A DNA stretch of 64,000 bases from Camelus dromedarius (Eukaryota). Below the pieces are notes generated by a model. It worked only from the letters and a program-made list of their open reading frames with translations, had not been told where the DNA came from and did not search any database. The DNA is taken from positions 103,852,001 through 103,916,000 of the forward strand of contig NC_087437.1 of the NCBI RefSeq assembly GCF_036321535.1. Reading direction: 5' to 3'. Positions 1 to 12,215 of this stretch are shown here, piece after piece; the stretch's first letter is position 1, and every line of letters starts with the position of its first letter. A program made the translations under genes and the position numbers.

Positions 1-20
1 ACCAGCAGTGTAGGAGGGTT
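1..20 (-). mobile_element. Edge of an antisense LINE-1 ORF2 C-terminal fragment continuing beyond the window
   Basis: accagcagtgtaggagggtt nearly matches accaacaatgtaggagggtt inside the antisense L1 at about 18203-18222. Confidence 0.5.
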
Positions 21-214
21 ATATTCTTAATGTGTATGCAGTATCATTTAAAGTAGAGTACTGAAAGCCCCAACAATTATAAAATAATTATACATGGATA
101 ATTTATACTTTTTATAATTAAAAAAAATAGTATAAAATTAGGTTTCTCATGCCCTTTTACAGACCAATGTAATTGGTAAAAATTTAACTTAAACATTGAT
201 TTATATACATGCTT

Positions 215-480
215 TAAATATACCTAAATGTTCACAGCAGCATAACTACAATAGAGACATAATTATTCTGAACACTTTCTAAAAGTATTTAAATTTACTT
301 TCTACCTTCAGTAGTTAAATAGTTGAATATCAATACAATGTAATATTGAAATATTATGCAGCCATAAAATAATGAAAATCAGAATATATTGGTAATATAA
401 TCTCTACATTATTTACTAAAAATAGAGGCAAATAATGTGCAGAATATATTTGTTCCTTAACATTAAAATAATAAATATAT
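215..480 (+). mobile_element. Old L1 (L1ME-like) 3' fragment
   Basis: Degenerate L1 3' motifs such as aaatgttcacagcagcat and gaaatattatgcagccataaaa. Confidence 0.5.
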
Positions 481-1932
481 CCTATAAATATATGAACTTA
501 TAAATATATAAATTAGAAAAAAATACAGATTCAAGTCTTAACTAGATTTTGGGTCTTGTTTATTCTATTTGGCTATCAATACTCATTTAAAGTAATAATA
601 CCAAGAGTAACAAAATCTGTACTTCAGTTCATTTACAGACATATTTTGTTCATGGAAAATTATATAGGACAGAATTAATGAAAACCAAACTTGGGAATTG
701 TATTACTGGAGGGAAAGAAGAATTTTTTCATTTTATTTGGATTTCAGTGTATATTATTGCTTTTACTTTTAAATCAACAACATTATTTTGACAGTTGGAT
801 TAGAAGAATTTTTATTTTGTCTTTATATCATTCTGTTACATACTAAAAATATGTTTTTAATTAACAAAATTTAACCATCACTTTATTTTTTAATAAAATA
901 ACCTAGGAATACAATGATAGACTCTAAAGTAGCTGTTTCATATAATATCATGATATACTGAATTTCCATAGACTATAAAAATAGTTATAAAGAATTAACC
1001 TATATACAGTTATCTACCTATCCAAATGAATTAAGATTATATAAACACATAATTTCATCTCCTCAACATTTTAAATCAATCTCTCAGATATTACATATCT
1101 ATTTGTTTAGCTTTGTTACACCTGTGCCACACAAATTTTATATGATGTTATATATAGATAAATTTTGCAAGATTTTCTAATGTAATTACTAGATTTCTGA
1201 TTACAGTTTTGTAAATTTTAACAACTTATGTTCCAGTATATTCTCATTTGGGATTTAGTTTCTTGGGGAGATAACTATAAAAAGAGAGAATTAAGTACGA
1301 GGAATAACAAAAGCATATAAATAAAGCCGATGAAACAGGAGTAGAAAATGTCTCAATTTAGTCTGAGAAGAAATTTGAAAAATTACCTTGGAAAAGTACA
1401 ATGTTGTTTTTGATTGGGAACTGAGACAGAGATCAGTCTGAGAGGGGCTGGTAGACACAGGTGAGACGAGGTGGAACACAGTCATTCTTGTCATAAAATC
1501 TAAAGGCATTGCCAACATACAAGAAGGGCAGACAGAACCAATTTCCCCTTTGTAGTTATAGTCTCACCTACAAAGCAAACTCACTAACTATTATCTCATG
1601 GAAATTAAAAGGCAGAGAAATCTCATACCTCATAGAAATTATCTTATAGAAAATAAAAGGTAGAGACAACTCAAAAAGTTATTTTATTCATAAGGGACGG
1701 TAAATAATTAAAATTACGGTATATATGAGTATTTCCAAGGTGAATCAATAATTATCCGTAAGATATGTTGTGTGTTTTATGCTTCATGTGTCAGTTTTCT
1801 TTTCTATGATATTGATATAATAGCAATTTCTTTATAGTTTACTTCACATGCAAACATTTTTAGAATTTCTGTAAAGCATTTGGAACAGGAATTCATGTAA
1901 TTCAGGAATTTGGACTATTATTTTCATTGTTC

Positions 1933-1999
1933 ATAGTAGTGGAAGTAATAGTAGTGAGGTGGCAGCAATAGTAATACTAGTAGTAACAGTAGTAGTAGT
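1933..1999 (+). repeat. Degenerate (TAG)n simple repeat
   Basis: Interrupted tagtagt/agtaata runs visible directly. Confidence 0.7.
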
Positions 2000-2351
2000 T
2001 TGTGCTCAATAGTATCTAATTTGGATTTCCTGTCTCAAAATCCTTTCACTCTGCCATCATAAATGTTTTCTTCATCTTCATACTGGTAGCAATAGCTCTA
2101 AAAGATACCCACATGTTGTCTCGTTAAAACATTGCCCAGAAAATTTGAAACGTCATCCCTTCTCCTGGACCTGATTTTACAAGTATGCTTTCTGACAGAT
2201 GCAAGGCATGCGGTTTTTCAAAACTGATGAAATGTTTCTGTCTTTATACATTTCTGATTTTTTCTGGGATCACCATCAGTCTGATGACACCTATTTATAT
2301 TTTGGGAATTTATTTTTGAGGATTACATATTTCTGAAAACAAATATTAGCA

Positions 2352-2860
2352 TGTGGTAAACAAATGGCTTCTAAGGCTCTAAGTGACCTGTTGCCTCTTG
2401 CGTAATGCTCAGGACTTGGACTTCATATGTCTTGTTTTTAAAGAATAAAATACAGAAAAAGTGATGGGATGTTATTTCTGAGATTAGGTTATAAAATGTG
2501 TGATTTTCTCCCTCTCTCACAGCATTGGCTCTAAGGGGAGGAAGTTGCTATGCTGCGAACAGTCCTTTGAAGAGGTTCACTAGGGAAAGAACTGATGGCT
2601 ACAAACAAACAAAACAAAAACAGCCCTTGAGATGAGGATCTGGTGTCTGCCAACAGGCACATGAGCGAGTGTAGCAGAGGATCTGTCCCCTAGTTGAGTC
2701 TTGGGATGGCTGCAGCCCTAGCCAGCAACTTGACTGCAGCCTTGTGAGCGACCCTGAGGCAAAGGATCCAGCTAAAGCACACTCAGACTGTGAGATAAAT
2801 ATGTGTTGTTTTAAACTGCTAAATAACTAACGTATTGCACAGTGATAGATAGTTAATATA
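2352..2860 (+). mobile_element. MaLR solo LTR, MLT1F-like
   Basis: Starts tgtgg; contains gtgatgggatgttatttctgagattaggttataa, ctgccaacaggcacatgag, gcagccttgtgagcgaccctgag and the terminal actgtgagataaatatgtgttgttttaa...gatagatagttaatata typical of MLT1E/F LTRs. Confidence 0.8.
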
Positions 2861-3417
2861 TTCAAAATTAGCATAAAAACTAGAAATATGTAAGGACTGA
2901 TTTGTATGTACCAAATTTAGATACTTTTCTAAACTCACTCCATAAATATTTTACAGAGATTGTACTTGAAGGAAAAAAGTCTCAAATTTTTCTCATTGTA
3001 ATTTTCGTGGGAAATTATGTCATTGCCACAGTTACCATAATATTTTCAAATCTTAACTAGATTGTTTACTTTCTTCCCTTGAAAAGAGCTTTAATGAAGT
3101 CATGAATCTTGTTAAGTGGGAGGTATATTTTATAGAACATTTCCTTCTCACAGTCAAAAATATCGATATGTTATTTTGCACCCAGCTACACTTGACTGCA
3201 GCAGATGTAGATTCCAGGTCCAACACATATGTATCAAAGACTATCTTAAGGATTTGATACCACTCTTAGAAACAGAGTTGATGCAAAGAATTCTTTTATC
3301 ACTCCCCAAATTCCCCTCTCCCTTTTATAGAGAAACACCTCCCCCCAAGCGTAGGCTTTCCCCATCTGTTTAATATTTTAAAATTCAATTTATTTAAACT
3401 TAAAAAAAAAAAAAACA

Positions 3418-6158
3418 GTATTCATTTCCTCCCCACCTCCACCTCTGGCAACCACTAATTTATCCTCTGTATCTATCTGCTTTTTAAAATAAAACATATA
3501 TATATAATATATATTTTTATATTTTATATATTCATATTTAATAGATATATAAATAGATTTACATAATATATATCTTTAGATTTCACATGAGACATCATGT
3601 TCTATTTTCTGCACATAAAGTTTTGCCTTTGCAAGAAAGTCATACATATGGAATTATACAGTATGTATCACTTTGTTTGCCTTTTTTAAACTAATGATAA
3701 TGCATTTAAGATCCCTCCATGTTGTTGCCTATTTTATGAGTTTGTTACTTATCTATTCCCTAATTGAGGTAAATTTATGTTGTTTTTATGTTTTAACAAA
3801 TTACCATTAAAGTCACTATAACCATTTGCATCTGTAACTTGTGTCAACATAGATTGTCACTTCACTTGGGTAAGCTCCTGACTTCATTAGAATCTTCCAG
3901 TTTTAAGAGTGGTCATAATATTTTGCATTCTCCTCACTGATGTATGTAGACTCAATTTTTTCCACATCCTTAGTAGTACTTGGTATGATTTTTAAACATT
4001 TTTTAAATATTATTCACTAAAATGGCTGTATGTTGATAACTCATTGTGGTTTTCATTTGCATTTCCTTAATGACTAATGATGTTGAACAGCTTATGTTTT
4101 TTTATTTCCATGTTTGCTATCCATGTCTCTCTTTTATTAAATCACATCTCTTTTGTGGCAAAGTACGTATTTAGATCTTTGTCCCATCTTAAACGTTGAC
4201 TTATTTCTTATATTTAAACATTATGTTTTCTTTATATATGATGAACACATTTTACTGATATATAATTCACAATATTTTTCTTCTAGTCTATTATTTCTCT
4301 GTTAGTCTCTTAACAGTCTCTTTAAAAGGCCAGAATTTCTTAATTTTAATAAAGTCCATAGTATCATTTTTTTATAGATTGGTCTTTTGGCATTATGTGT
4401 AACAACATTTGGCTTAACCTAAAGTGACAAAAATTTTCTCCTGTGTTTTCTTTCAAAAGATTTATAGATTTAGGCTTCACACTCAGGTTACTGATTCAAT
4501 GCAAAAAATTGCAAGTTCTTTTTTTGCATTTATAGGCATTTACCTACTAATATTTGAGTTTGCATTTTTGAATATAAATTGACCCAATATACGTGAATGT
4601 ATTTTCTGGTTCACCACACCATTCCTTCAATCTAGATGTCCATCCTTTGTCCAATAACAACCTATTTAAATAATGTAGCTTTGATTTAGACCCCTGAACA
4701 TCAGGTAGTGAAAGTCCTCCAACTTTGGTCTTCTTTTACAAAGTTGTTTTGGGTATTATAATTTCTTTGCCTTTCTGCAAATATATTAGATTAAAGTTAC
4801 TAATATTATATACATGCAAAGATGTTGCAGTGATGTCCTTGTAATGCCTCAAATCTCTAGATCATTATGAAGATAATTAGTATCGATCTTCCAGTCAACG
4901 AATATGGTATCTCCATTTGTCTTTCTTGATTCATCAGTATTTTACAGATTTTAGCATATTTGTATTGCATTTATGATGATTTGAAGATTTACACCTCATT
5001 ATTTCATTTTTTACTATTATTGTAGATGGTAGTGTTTGCCTTTATTTCAATTTCTAATAGTTTATTACTACTATGTAAAAATGGTGTTCAGTTCTGTATT
5101 AATATCACATTGAATTTTGTATTGGCCTTATATCCTAGTAACTTGTTAAGCTCATTTTTCAGTTCTAGTAACTTTTTGTGACTTTTAAAAGAACTTTATG
5201 TACAGAAGTAGGTCGTTAGTAAACAGAGATTTTTGTATCTTGCTTTTGAGTCTCCATGGCTTTGATTTGTCTTTCTGTATTTTCCAGCACCTTCAGTATG
5301 AAATTGAATAGCTAGACATTCCTCTTGTTCCTGATCTTACAGAGAAAGCACTGCCTTTCACTATTCAGGATGGAATTAGCTTAGAATTTCCTTTAATGCA
5401 TTTAATAAGCTTTACTACATATTCTTTTATTTCTAGTTTACTGAATATTCTTGTCATGAATAGATGTTTAATTTGCTCAAAAGTTTTTTTCTGAATTTTT
5501 TGTGGTTGTTCTTGGTAAGTCTGCTCATATGGTGAATTACATTGCTTGATGTTTTGAATGTTGAATTAGCTTTGATTCACAGGAGAAAATACACTTGACT
5601 GTCTCTATTATCCATTTAATATATTGTTAAATTGGATTTTCAACTATTTCTTGTGAGAATTTTTATGTCTATTTTTATGAAGAATATTGGTATGTAGTCA
5701 TCTGCTTTTTTCATGTCTTTGCCTTTTTTTGTATCGGGGATGCTAACCTTTAGATGATCTGGGAAGTATTCCCTCCTCATCAATTTTCTGGAAGATTTTG
5801 TATAGGATTTAGTATTATATTCATATTAACTGTTTGGTAAAATTCACCATTGAAACCACCTTGGCTTGAGGGGGTATGTGTGTGTGTGTATATATAAATA
5901 TATTTAACTAAAATTCAAATTTTTATAAAAGATACAGGGGAATTTTTATAACTTATTTTCCAGTGAGCTTTGTTAATTTATGTCTTAATGAATTTGTCCC
6001 TTTTATCTATAGAGTCAACTTTATATTATAATTTAATAAAGTATTATTTATATAAAGTAATATTCTCTTATTAGCTTTTAAAAATATGTATCATTTATAG
6101 TGATGCACCCACTTTTATTACTGACACTATGAGCACATTCTGTCTCAATTTGTGTTCT
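3418..6158 (-). mobile_element. Old LINE-1 (L1M) antisense: 3'UTR plus degenerate ORF2
   Basis: Antisense L1 hallmarks: cctctggcaaccactaat, ctcattgtggttttcatttgcatttccttaatgactaatgatgttgaaca, gtcctccaactttggtcttc, ctcttgttcctgatcttacagagaaagc, tgggaagtattccctcctc. No intact ORF. Confidence 0.85.
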
Positions 6159-6159
6159 C

Positions 6160-6622
6160 CAACTATTCCAAAAAATGACGAGAGAAACGATTCTGACCAG
6201 CACCAGCATCACCCTAATACCCAAACCAGACAAAGACATAACAAAAAGAGAAAATTACAAGCCAATATCATTGATAAATATAAGTGTAAACATCCTCAGC
6301 AAAATATCAGCAAACCAAATTCAACGATACACTAAAAGGATCATACACCGTGAAGTGGGATTTATCCCAGGGATCCAAAGATGATTCAGTATCTGCAGAT
6401 CAGTCAATGTGACACACCACAGTAACACACTGAACAATAAAAATTACATGATCAACTCAATAGATACAGAAAAAACTTCTGACAAAATTCAACATCCATT
6501 TATGACAAAAACGTTCAACACAGTGGGTGTAGATGGAATATTTTTAACATAATAAAAGCTATAATGACAAGCCTACAGCCAACATATTCAGCAGTGAAAA
6601 GCTGAAATTAGTTACTCTAAGA
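6160..6622 (+). mobile_element. LINE-1 ORF2 fragment (Z domain / N-terminal reverse transcriptase), sense
   Basis: ORF 6175-6384 translates as SITLIPKPDKDITKRENYKPISLINISVNILSKISANQIQRYTKRIIHREVGFIPGIQ, a clear L1 ORF2p match; disrupted downstream. Confidence 0.92.
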
Positions 6623-7462
6623 GCATGTGCCTCTGAGGCTTTAGATCTTCTCTTTATGTCCTAGGATTACTACTATTTTCTTATTTGTACTTGGTGATTT
6701 TATTGCAGAGAACACCCTTATAACTTCTTTTTTTGTATTTCCTTTTCCTTACTTAACTTTCTCTCAGCCCAACATCAGGTAAATTGGAAGACAGAAAATC
6801 ACCAAAAATGGATGTGAGGGCATTCTATCAAGGGGAAATAGATATTGACATTATCTTGATTTGATGATGTTGAGGAAAGCCATAGCTAATTTTAACGATA
6901 TATGTGTAAGATTTATCATTTTTCTTTCCTATTTTACCTTTCTATGTTTCCAGTAGAAGCCCCAGAGCAGAAACCATTGCATTAAAAATTATGATCAGTA
7001 CTATAACGAACATCTTTTATTATGCATAAATATTTTGAAAAATAAATTTTTCGGCGGGAAGACCGAACTAAGTTATCAAACCCACAGATGAACTAAATAT
7101 CAGAAGAAATTATGGAAAAATCACTAACTAAAATGAAAGATGTCTAATAATAGAAATATTTTTGCTTATGATGCATAGTAGATTATCAATTATTACTTTA
7201 TAGAAATCAAAAGTCATAACCCACAAGTATCTTCCTGTTTTGATCTTGCTTTTATCATTAGTCTCTGGTAATCATGGTAAGAATAAATATAAATTTCAGT
7301 TGCATTTAAATTGAAAAGTTGTTTATAAATATGTCAGGGCTCCATAGTAAGTTAATATTACATATATATTAGTCATTCACAATGTGAGAGGCATTGCTCT
7401 ATACTCATAAATCTGATATAAATAAAATCAAAACCCTTGTAATGATTTACTCATTTTCTATA

Positions 7463-7971
7463 CCAAGAGACTTCAAATGTGATGCAGGGGGTTCAAAATA
7501 CCCTTTCAACATGTCCATGAAGTCAAGACTATTTTTATAATAACACTGAAACATTATACATCCTTTCCACTCTTTTTTCTTGTTATGAGTAAAAAGTGAA
7601 ATTTTTGAAGCAAATAGAATGAATGCAAAAATCGATATGAGAATACAGGTCTTTTCTTTAAGCTAAACATTAAAGAGATCTGTAAAAATTATAAAATAAT
7701 ACTGTATTCTCCTTAATTTAGTTTGATTTAGAAAATAAAGTGATATTTGAAAAGTATATTATTTATGTTAACATGCAATGAATTTACTGTTGTTATTTTA
7801 AATAAATATATAAATATTACTACTAATAGTAAATAACACAGAAAGTTTCAGTTTAATTTCTAATATAAATTTATTGATAGATGCAGCTCAAATTATGAAA
7901 AAAAAATTTGATGGGCCTCAATAATTAATAAATCTCTAGGATTCCTACAACACAAATGCCTTAAAATTGCT
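7463..7971. mobile_element. hAT-Charlie non-autonomous DNA transposon (Charlie1-like derivative)
   Basis: gtcaagactatttttataataacact...gaatgaatgcaaaaatcgatatgagaatacagg...aaacattaaagagat...ggcctcaataat resembles the Charlie1-family consensus; TIRs eroded. Confidence 0.7.
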
Positions 7972-8068
7972 ATAATAAAAAGAAACACATTTAATTACAA
8001 ATTATTTATTAAAAATGCCTTACCTTCAGTGATTATTCTAGCTAAATAATATCACGCAATCCCACATA

Positions 8069-8071
<3 letters not shown>

Positions 8072-8102
<31 letters not shown>
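8072..8102 (+). repeat. (CA)n microsatellite
   Basis: Pure CA run. Confidence 0.95.
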
Positions 8103-8105
<3 letters not shown>

Positions 8106-8733
8106 GAACTTCTTACTAGAGTTTCTTTTCTATTTGGGGAAAACAAATTATGGCTAAATAAGGTGAAACAATGTTAGAATTAAAGAAAGAATCGCTATAT
8201 TTTCAGAGAAAGTAATTTTATTGATTAATTACAAATATTTAAATAAGAAAATTGTAATTTTTAGGTTTTTTTTTTTACATTTGAATTGAAGAAATGAGAT
8301 CAATCCAAGGCACAAAATTTAAGTGAGGAACAGTTTAATATCTCATTTATAAAAACTTTATCAAATCTAAGTAAACATCTGGTCGGAAGTTTTTAAAGTG
8401 AAATAAAAATAGTAAAAGAAAATCATTCAAAACATTATTCCCATCAGTCTATGAAGACTAAAAACTGATGTCTGTTGAAATTGGACTTTATGTACAAGTG
8501 AGACAGTGAGTTCAGTTGGAACCTATTTAGATAAGGACTCAAATAAACAGTGTGTGGAGTGTTTAGCTCTTCTTATCAAGGTTATTTGGCTAATTAATAT
8601 GAAAGGTCTAGAATTGAGATTCAATTTCAAATTATGTAAAATATGCAATATTTAGAGGTACCAGGAGACAAAAGGGAAAATGGAGCTGAAGAAATATTCA
8701 AGGTATTAATAGCTTAGAACTTTTCAAAAGTTA

Positions 8734-8896
8734 CAACATGTTTTTGGAAGTCCTAGCCATAGAAACTAGTGAAGAAAAATAAATTAAAGAAATTCAAACT
8801 GGAAAAGAGGTAAAACTGCCACTATCTGTAGATGATACGATACTAAACATAGAAAATCCTAAAGGCATCACAGGAAAACCACCAGAGCTCATCAAC
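8734..8896 (+). mobile_element. LINE-1 ORF2 reverse-transcriptase core fragment
   Basis: ttggaagtcctagcc (LEVLA)...actggaaaagaggtaaaactgccactatctgtagatgat (degenerate KLSLFADD catalytic motif)...atagaaaatcctaaa. Confidence 0.85.
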
Positions 8897-9198
8897 ATGT
8901 ATGGACTTGGAGGGCATTATGTTAAGTGAAGTAAGTCAGACAGAGGAAGAAAAGTACTGTATGATATCACTTATATGTGGAATCTAAAAATACAACAAAC
9001 TAGTGAATATAACAGAAAAGAATCAGGCACAGACACAGAGAACAAATTAGTGGCTACCAGTGTGGGGTCAATATAGGGATGGGGAAGTGGGAGGTACAAA
9101 CTGCTGGGTGTAATATGGGCTCAGGGATGTGGGAATATAGCCAATATTTTGTAATAATTGTAAATCAAAAGTAACCTTTCAAAATTGCATTAAAAAAA
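8897..9198 (+). mobile_element. LINE-1 3' end and 3'UTR with short A tail
   Basis: atggacttggagggcattatgttaagtgaagtaagtcagacagag...tatcacttatatgtggaatctaaaaa...gggaatatagccaatattttgtaataa...ttaaaaaaa. Confidence 0.88.
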
Positions 9199-10307
9199 CG
9201 TGTGGGGAAATACGTTTTACTTAAAATAAGTGCTTTTGGACAAAAAAGGAAGAAAATTCAAGAGTAAAGAACTACTAATGGGAGATTTCATAATGATTGT
9301 TCAAATTAAATATTAAAGACATTAAAAACAGATTCTGATCTGATATGAAAAATTACTTACATCTTGAGTTGCTATTTTAGAGATGTATACAAGTATATAG
9401 AATTGTATGTCTATGTATGTATGTTTCTCTAGTCATCAAAATATGTAAATATTTCATTAAAATATTTTAAAACTCATGAAAATTTTAACCTTTTTTTGGT
9501 AACATAATGCTTGCAGCAAAATCTTGTCATTGTGCATTTCTTAATCGATGATTGAGTAGAATTTCATAGGGTGTAATATATATGCCTTTAAATAATTAAA
9601 GGCACCATAATTGCCACTCTTATTTGAAAGAAATCTGTACTATAAACTTTTTTTTAACTTAGTATTGTTTTAAAAATACACATAAATAGCCACCCTATGT
9701 CACAGTGCCTCCTAAAAGTTGGTAGGCCAAATTTGTCTATGTGGACACTAGAGGCTTTTCTTTAGGACTTTGATGACTTATTTCTCTCCCTGACAACACA
9801 TGAAGGACATATGCTACTGGTCTAGCTTTTCCTTAAATAAATTATCTCAGTAGTTTTGATGTAATTAATTGGCATTTAGAAAATATTTAAACACTCCCTT
9901 CGCAGCCAATGAAGGCAACAAGTTTGTTGTTTTGTTTTTGCTCATAGCGTTCAGACTTAAGTTTTATTTGCTTTAAGCTATGTGTCTGTACACGTTAAAA
10001 AAGTATGCTCCCACAAAGGAACTTGTATAAACTTCAGATTTATTTTTCCAAATAAAGTTTAATTGCACTGGAAATATTTGTATTTGTAACAAGCTTGCCT
10101 TTAACAACTTACTTTAACATATTTTATGCAATAATTTTTTGTAATGTATTATTTTTTCTTTTCCTGTATTTTTTTTCCAATTTCTTCCCAACTCTTACAT
10201 TTCTTATAATATGCCCTAGTTTATTTTCTTATATAACTTTTTTGGCAAGAACTGCCAGATTCATGTTCAAAAATAATAAGGAATAAAATTCCTATTTTTA
10301 AGGCTTA

Positions 10308-11630
10308 ATTTTTTTTTTGAGCAGCTTTAGGTTCACAGTAGATATAATGAGAAGGTACAGAGGTTTCCCACATGCCTTCTACCCCAACACAAGCAAAGCC
10401 TCCCCTATGATAAACATCACTCATCAGAGTGAGACATTTGTTACAATTGATGGATTTACACTGACAAATAATCACCCAAAGCCAATAGTTTACTTTAGGG
10501 TCCACTCCTAGTTCTGTGCATTCTATGGATTTGGACAAATGCATAATGGACACCGTATCCATTGTTATAGAATCATATAGATTATATTCACTGCCTTAAA
10601 ATTCTATGCTGTGTGTATTCATCCTTCCCTCATCCCAACGTCTAGCAACCACTAACATTTTTACTTTCTCCATAGTTTTGCCTTTTCCAGAATGTCGTAT
10701 ACTTGGGATCATACAGTATGTAGACTTTTCAAATTGGCTCTTTCATTGAGCTATATGCTAAGTCCATGGCTTTCCATTGCTTGATAGCTTCTTTCTTTCT
10801 AGCGTTGAACAATATTCCATTGTCTGGTTATACCACACTTTATTTATCCATTTATCCACTGAACAACATCTTATTTGCTTCGAAGTTTTGATTAAGCTGC
10901 TATAAACAGCCCTACGCAGGTTTTATGTGGTCCTGAGTTTCCAAATCCTTTAGGTAGGTACCAATGAGCAAAACTGCTGGGCTGTATGATAACAGTATAA
11001 TTAGCTGCGTATGAAACTGCCAAACTGTCTTTCAAAGTGGCTGTATCATTTTGCATTCTCACCAGAATGAATAAGAGTTCCTATTGTGCCACATCCCTAC
11101 CAGCATTTGTTGTGATCAGTGTTTTGGATTTGGGCTATTCTAAAGGGTGTGTAGTGGTATATCATTGTTTTAGTTTGCATTTCCTTAATGATGTAAGATG
11201 CGGAGCATCTTTCCATATGTTTATTTACCATCTGTACACCTTCTTAAGTGAGGTACATCTGTTAGTCACTGGCCCATCATTTAATAGAGTTGTTTGTTTT
11301 CTTGTTGAGTTTTAAGAGTTTTTGCATAGTTTGGGTAACAGTACTTTACCAGATGTCTTTGGCAAGTATTTTCTCCCAGTCTGTGGCTTGTCTTCTTATT
11401 CTCTTGGCATTGTCACATGTAGGGCAGATGTTTTTTATTTTAATTTTAACAAATAAGTCCAGCTTATCAACTATTTCTTTCATGGGTGGTAACTTTGGTG
11501 TTACATCTAAAGTCACAAATACACCACAGAATTTTTTATTTTTTTTCCATGTGGATGCCCAGTTTTTATAGCACCATTTCTTGAAGAAATTGTCTTTACT
11601 CTACTGTATTGCCTCTTTTTATTTTGTCAT
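10308..11630 (-). mobile_element. LINE-1 (L1MC1/L1MC2-like) antisense 3'UTR and ORF2 end
   Basis: T-tract followed by gagcagctttaggttcacag...gacatttgttacaattgatg...cccaaagccaatagtttac, then ORF2 C-terminal antisense motifs (ctgccaaactgtctttcaaagtggctgtatcattttgcattc). Confidence 0.88.
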
Positions 11631-11999
11631 TACTCAAAGTTTAACTAAATGGTTTCTTATAATATTTATACTTATTTCTTATTAGGTTAATGTGTAATTT
11701 TCCTAATTTAAAATGTTTTAAATTAAAAACATATATTGGATTGCTCTAAGATCATATAATTTTATCACATTTTAGTTCATTAAAATACTGAAATGCTTAA
11801 TAATTATTTGATATTTAGATAATGCTTTCAGTTTATGAACTAAACCTTACTTCATAATGATGCATTATTTTTAAAAAGCATTTTGTGTATATTTAGCAAA
11901 CCCTTTATATACGATTTTTCCATCTGTATCTATGAAAAATAAGTAAACATAGTTTTGCAATAATTTCTTAGTAATTGTAGGAAATTCACTAGTTAATAA

Positions 12000-12215
12000 T
12001 ACAGTTCCCAGAAAGTGTCCCAAGACCTCCCAGCATACTCATAGGGAACTAAGGAATGTTTTAAACTTTTAGTGAAATACAGTGAGCACCTTAGATACTG
12101 TGTGTTCTAATAGCATTCGTAACTATTTCACAAACAGTTTTGGACTGGGGCACCAATGAAAAACAATTACTAAGAAACTGAAAGTGCTATAAACCATGAA
12201 CGTTTGGTACTTCTG
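12000..12215. mobile_element. hAT-Charlie MITE, MER112-like
   Basis: cagttcccagaaagtgt...gggcaccaatgaaaaacaattactaagaaact...gtttggtacttctg fits the MER112 layout with degenerate TIRs. Confidence 0.55.

Noticed and set aside
4498..4530. 11-bp stem hairpin aatgcaaaaaa/ttttttgcatt
   Set aside because: Mostly an A/T run inside a decayed L1; not a credible structured RNA or terminator.
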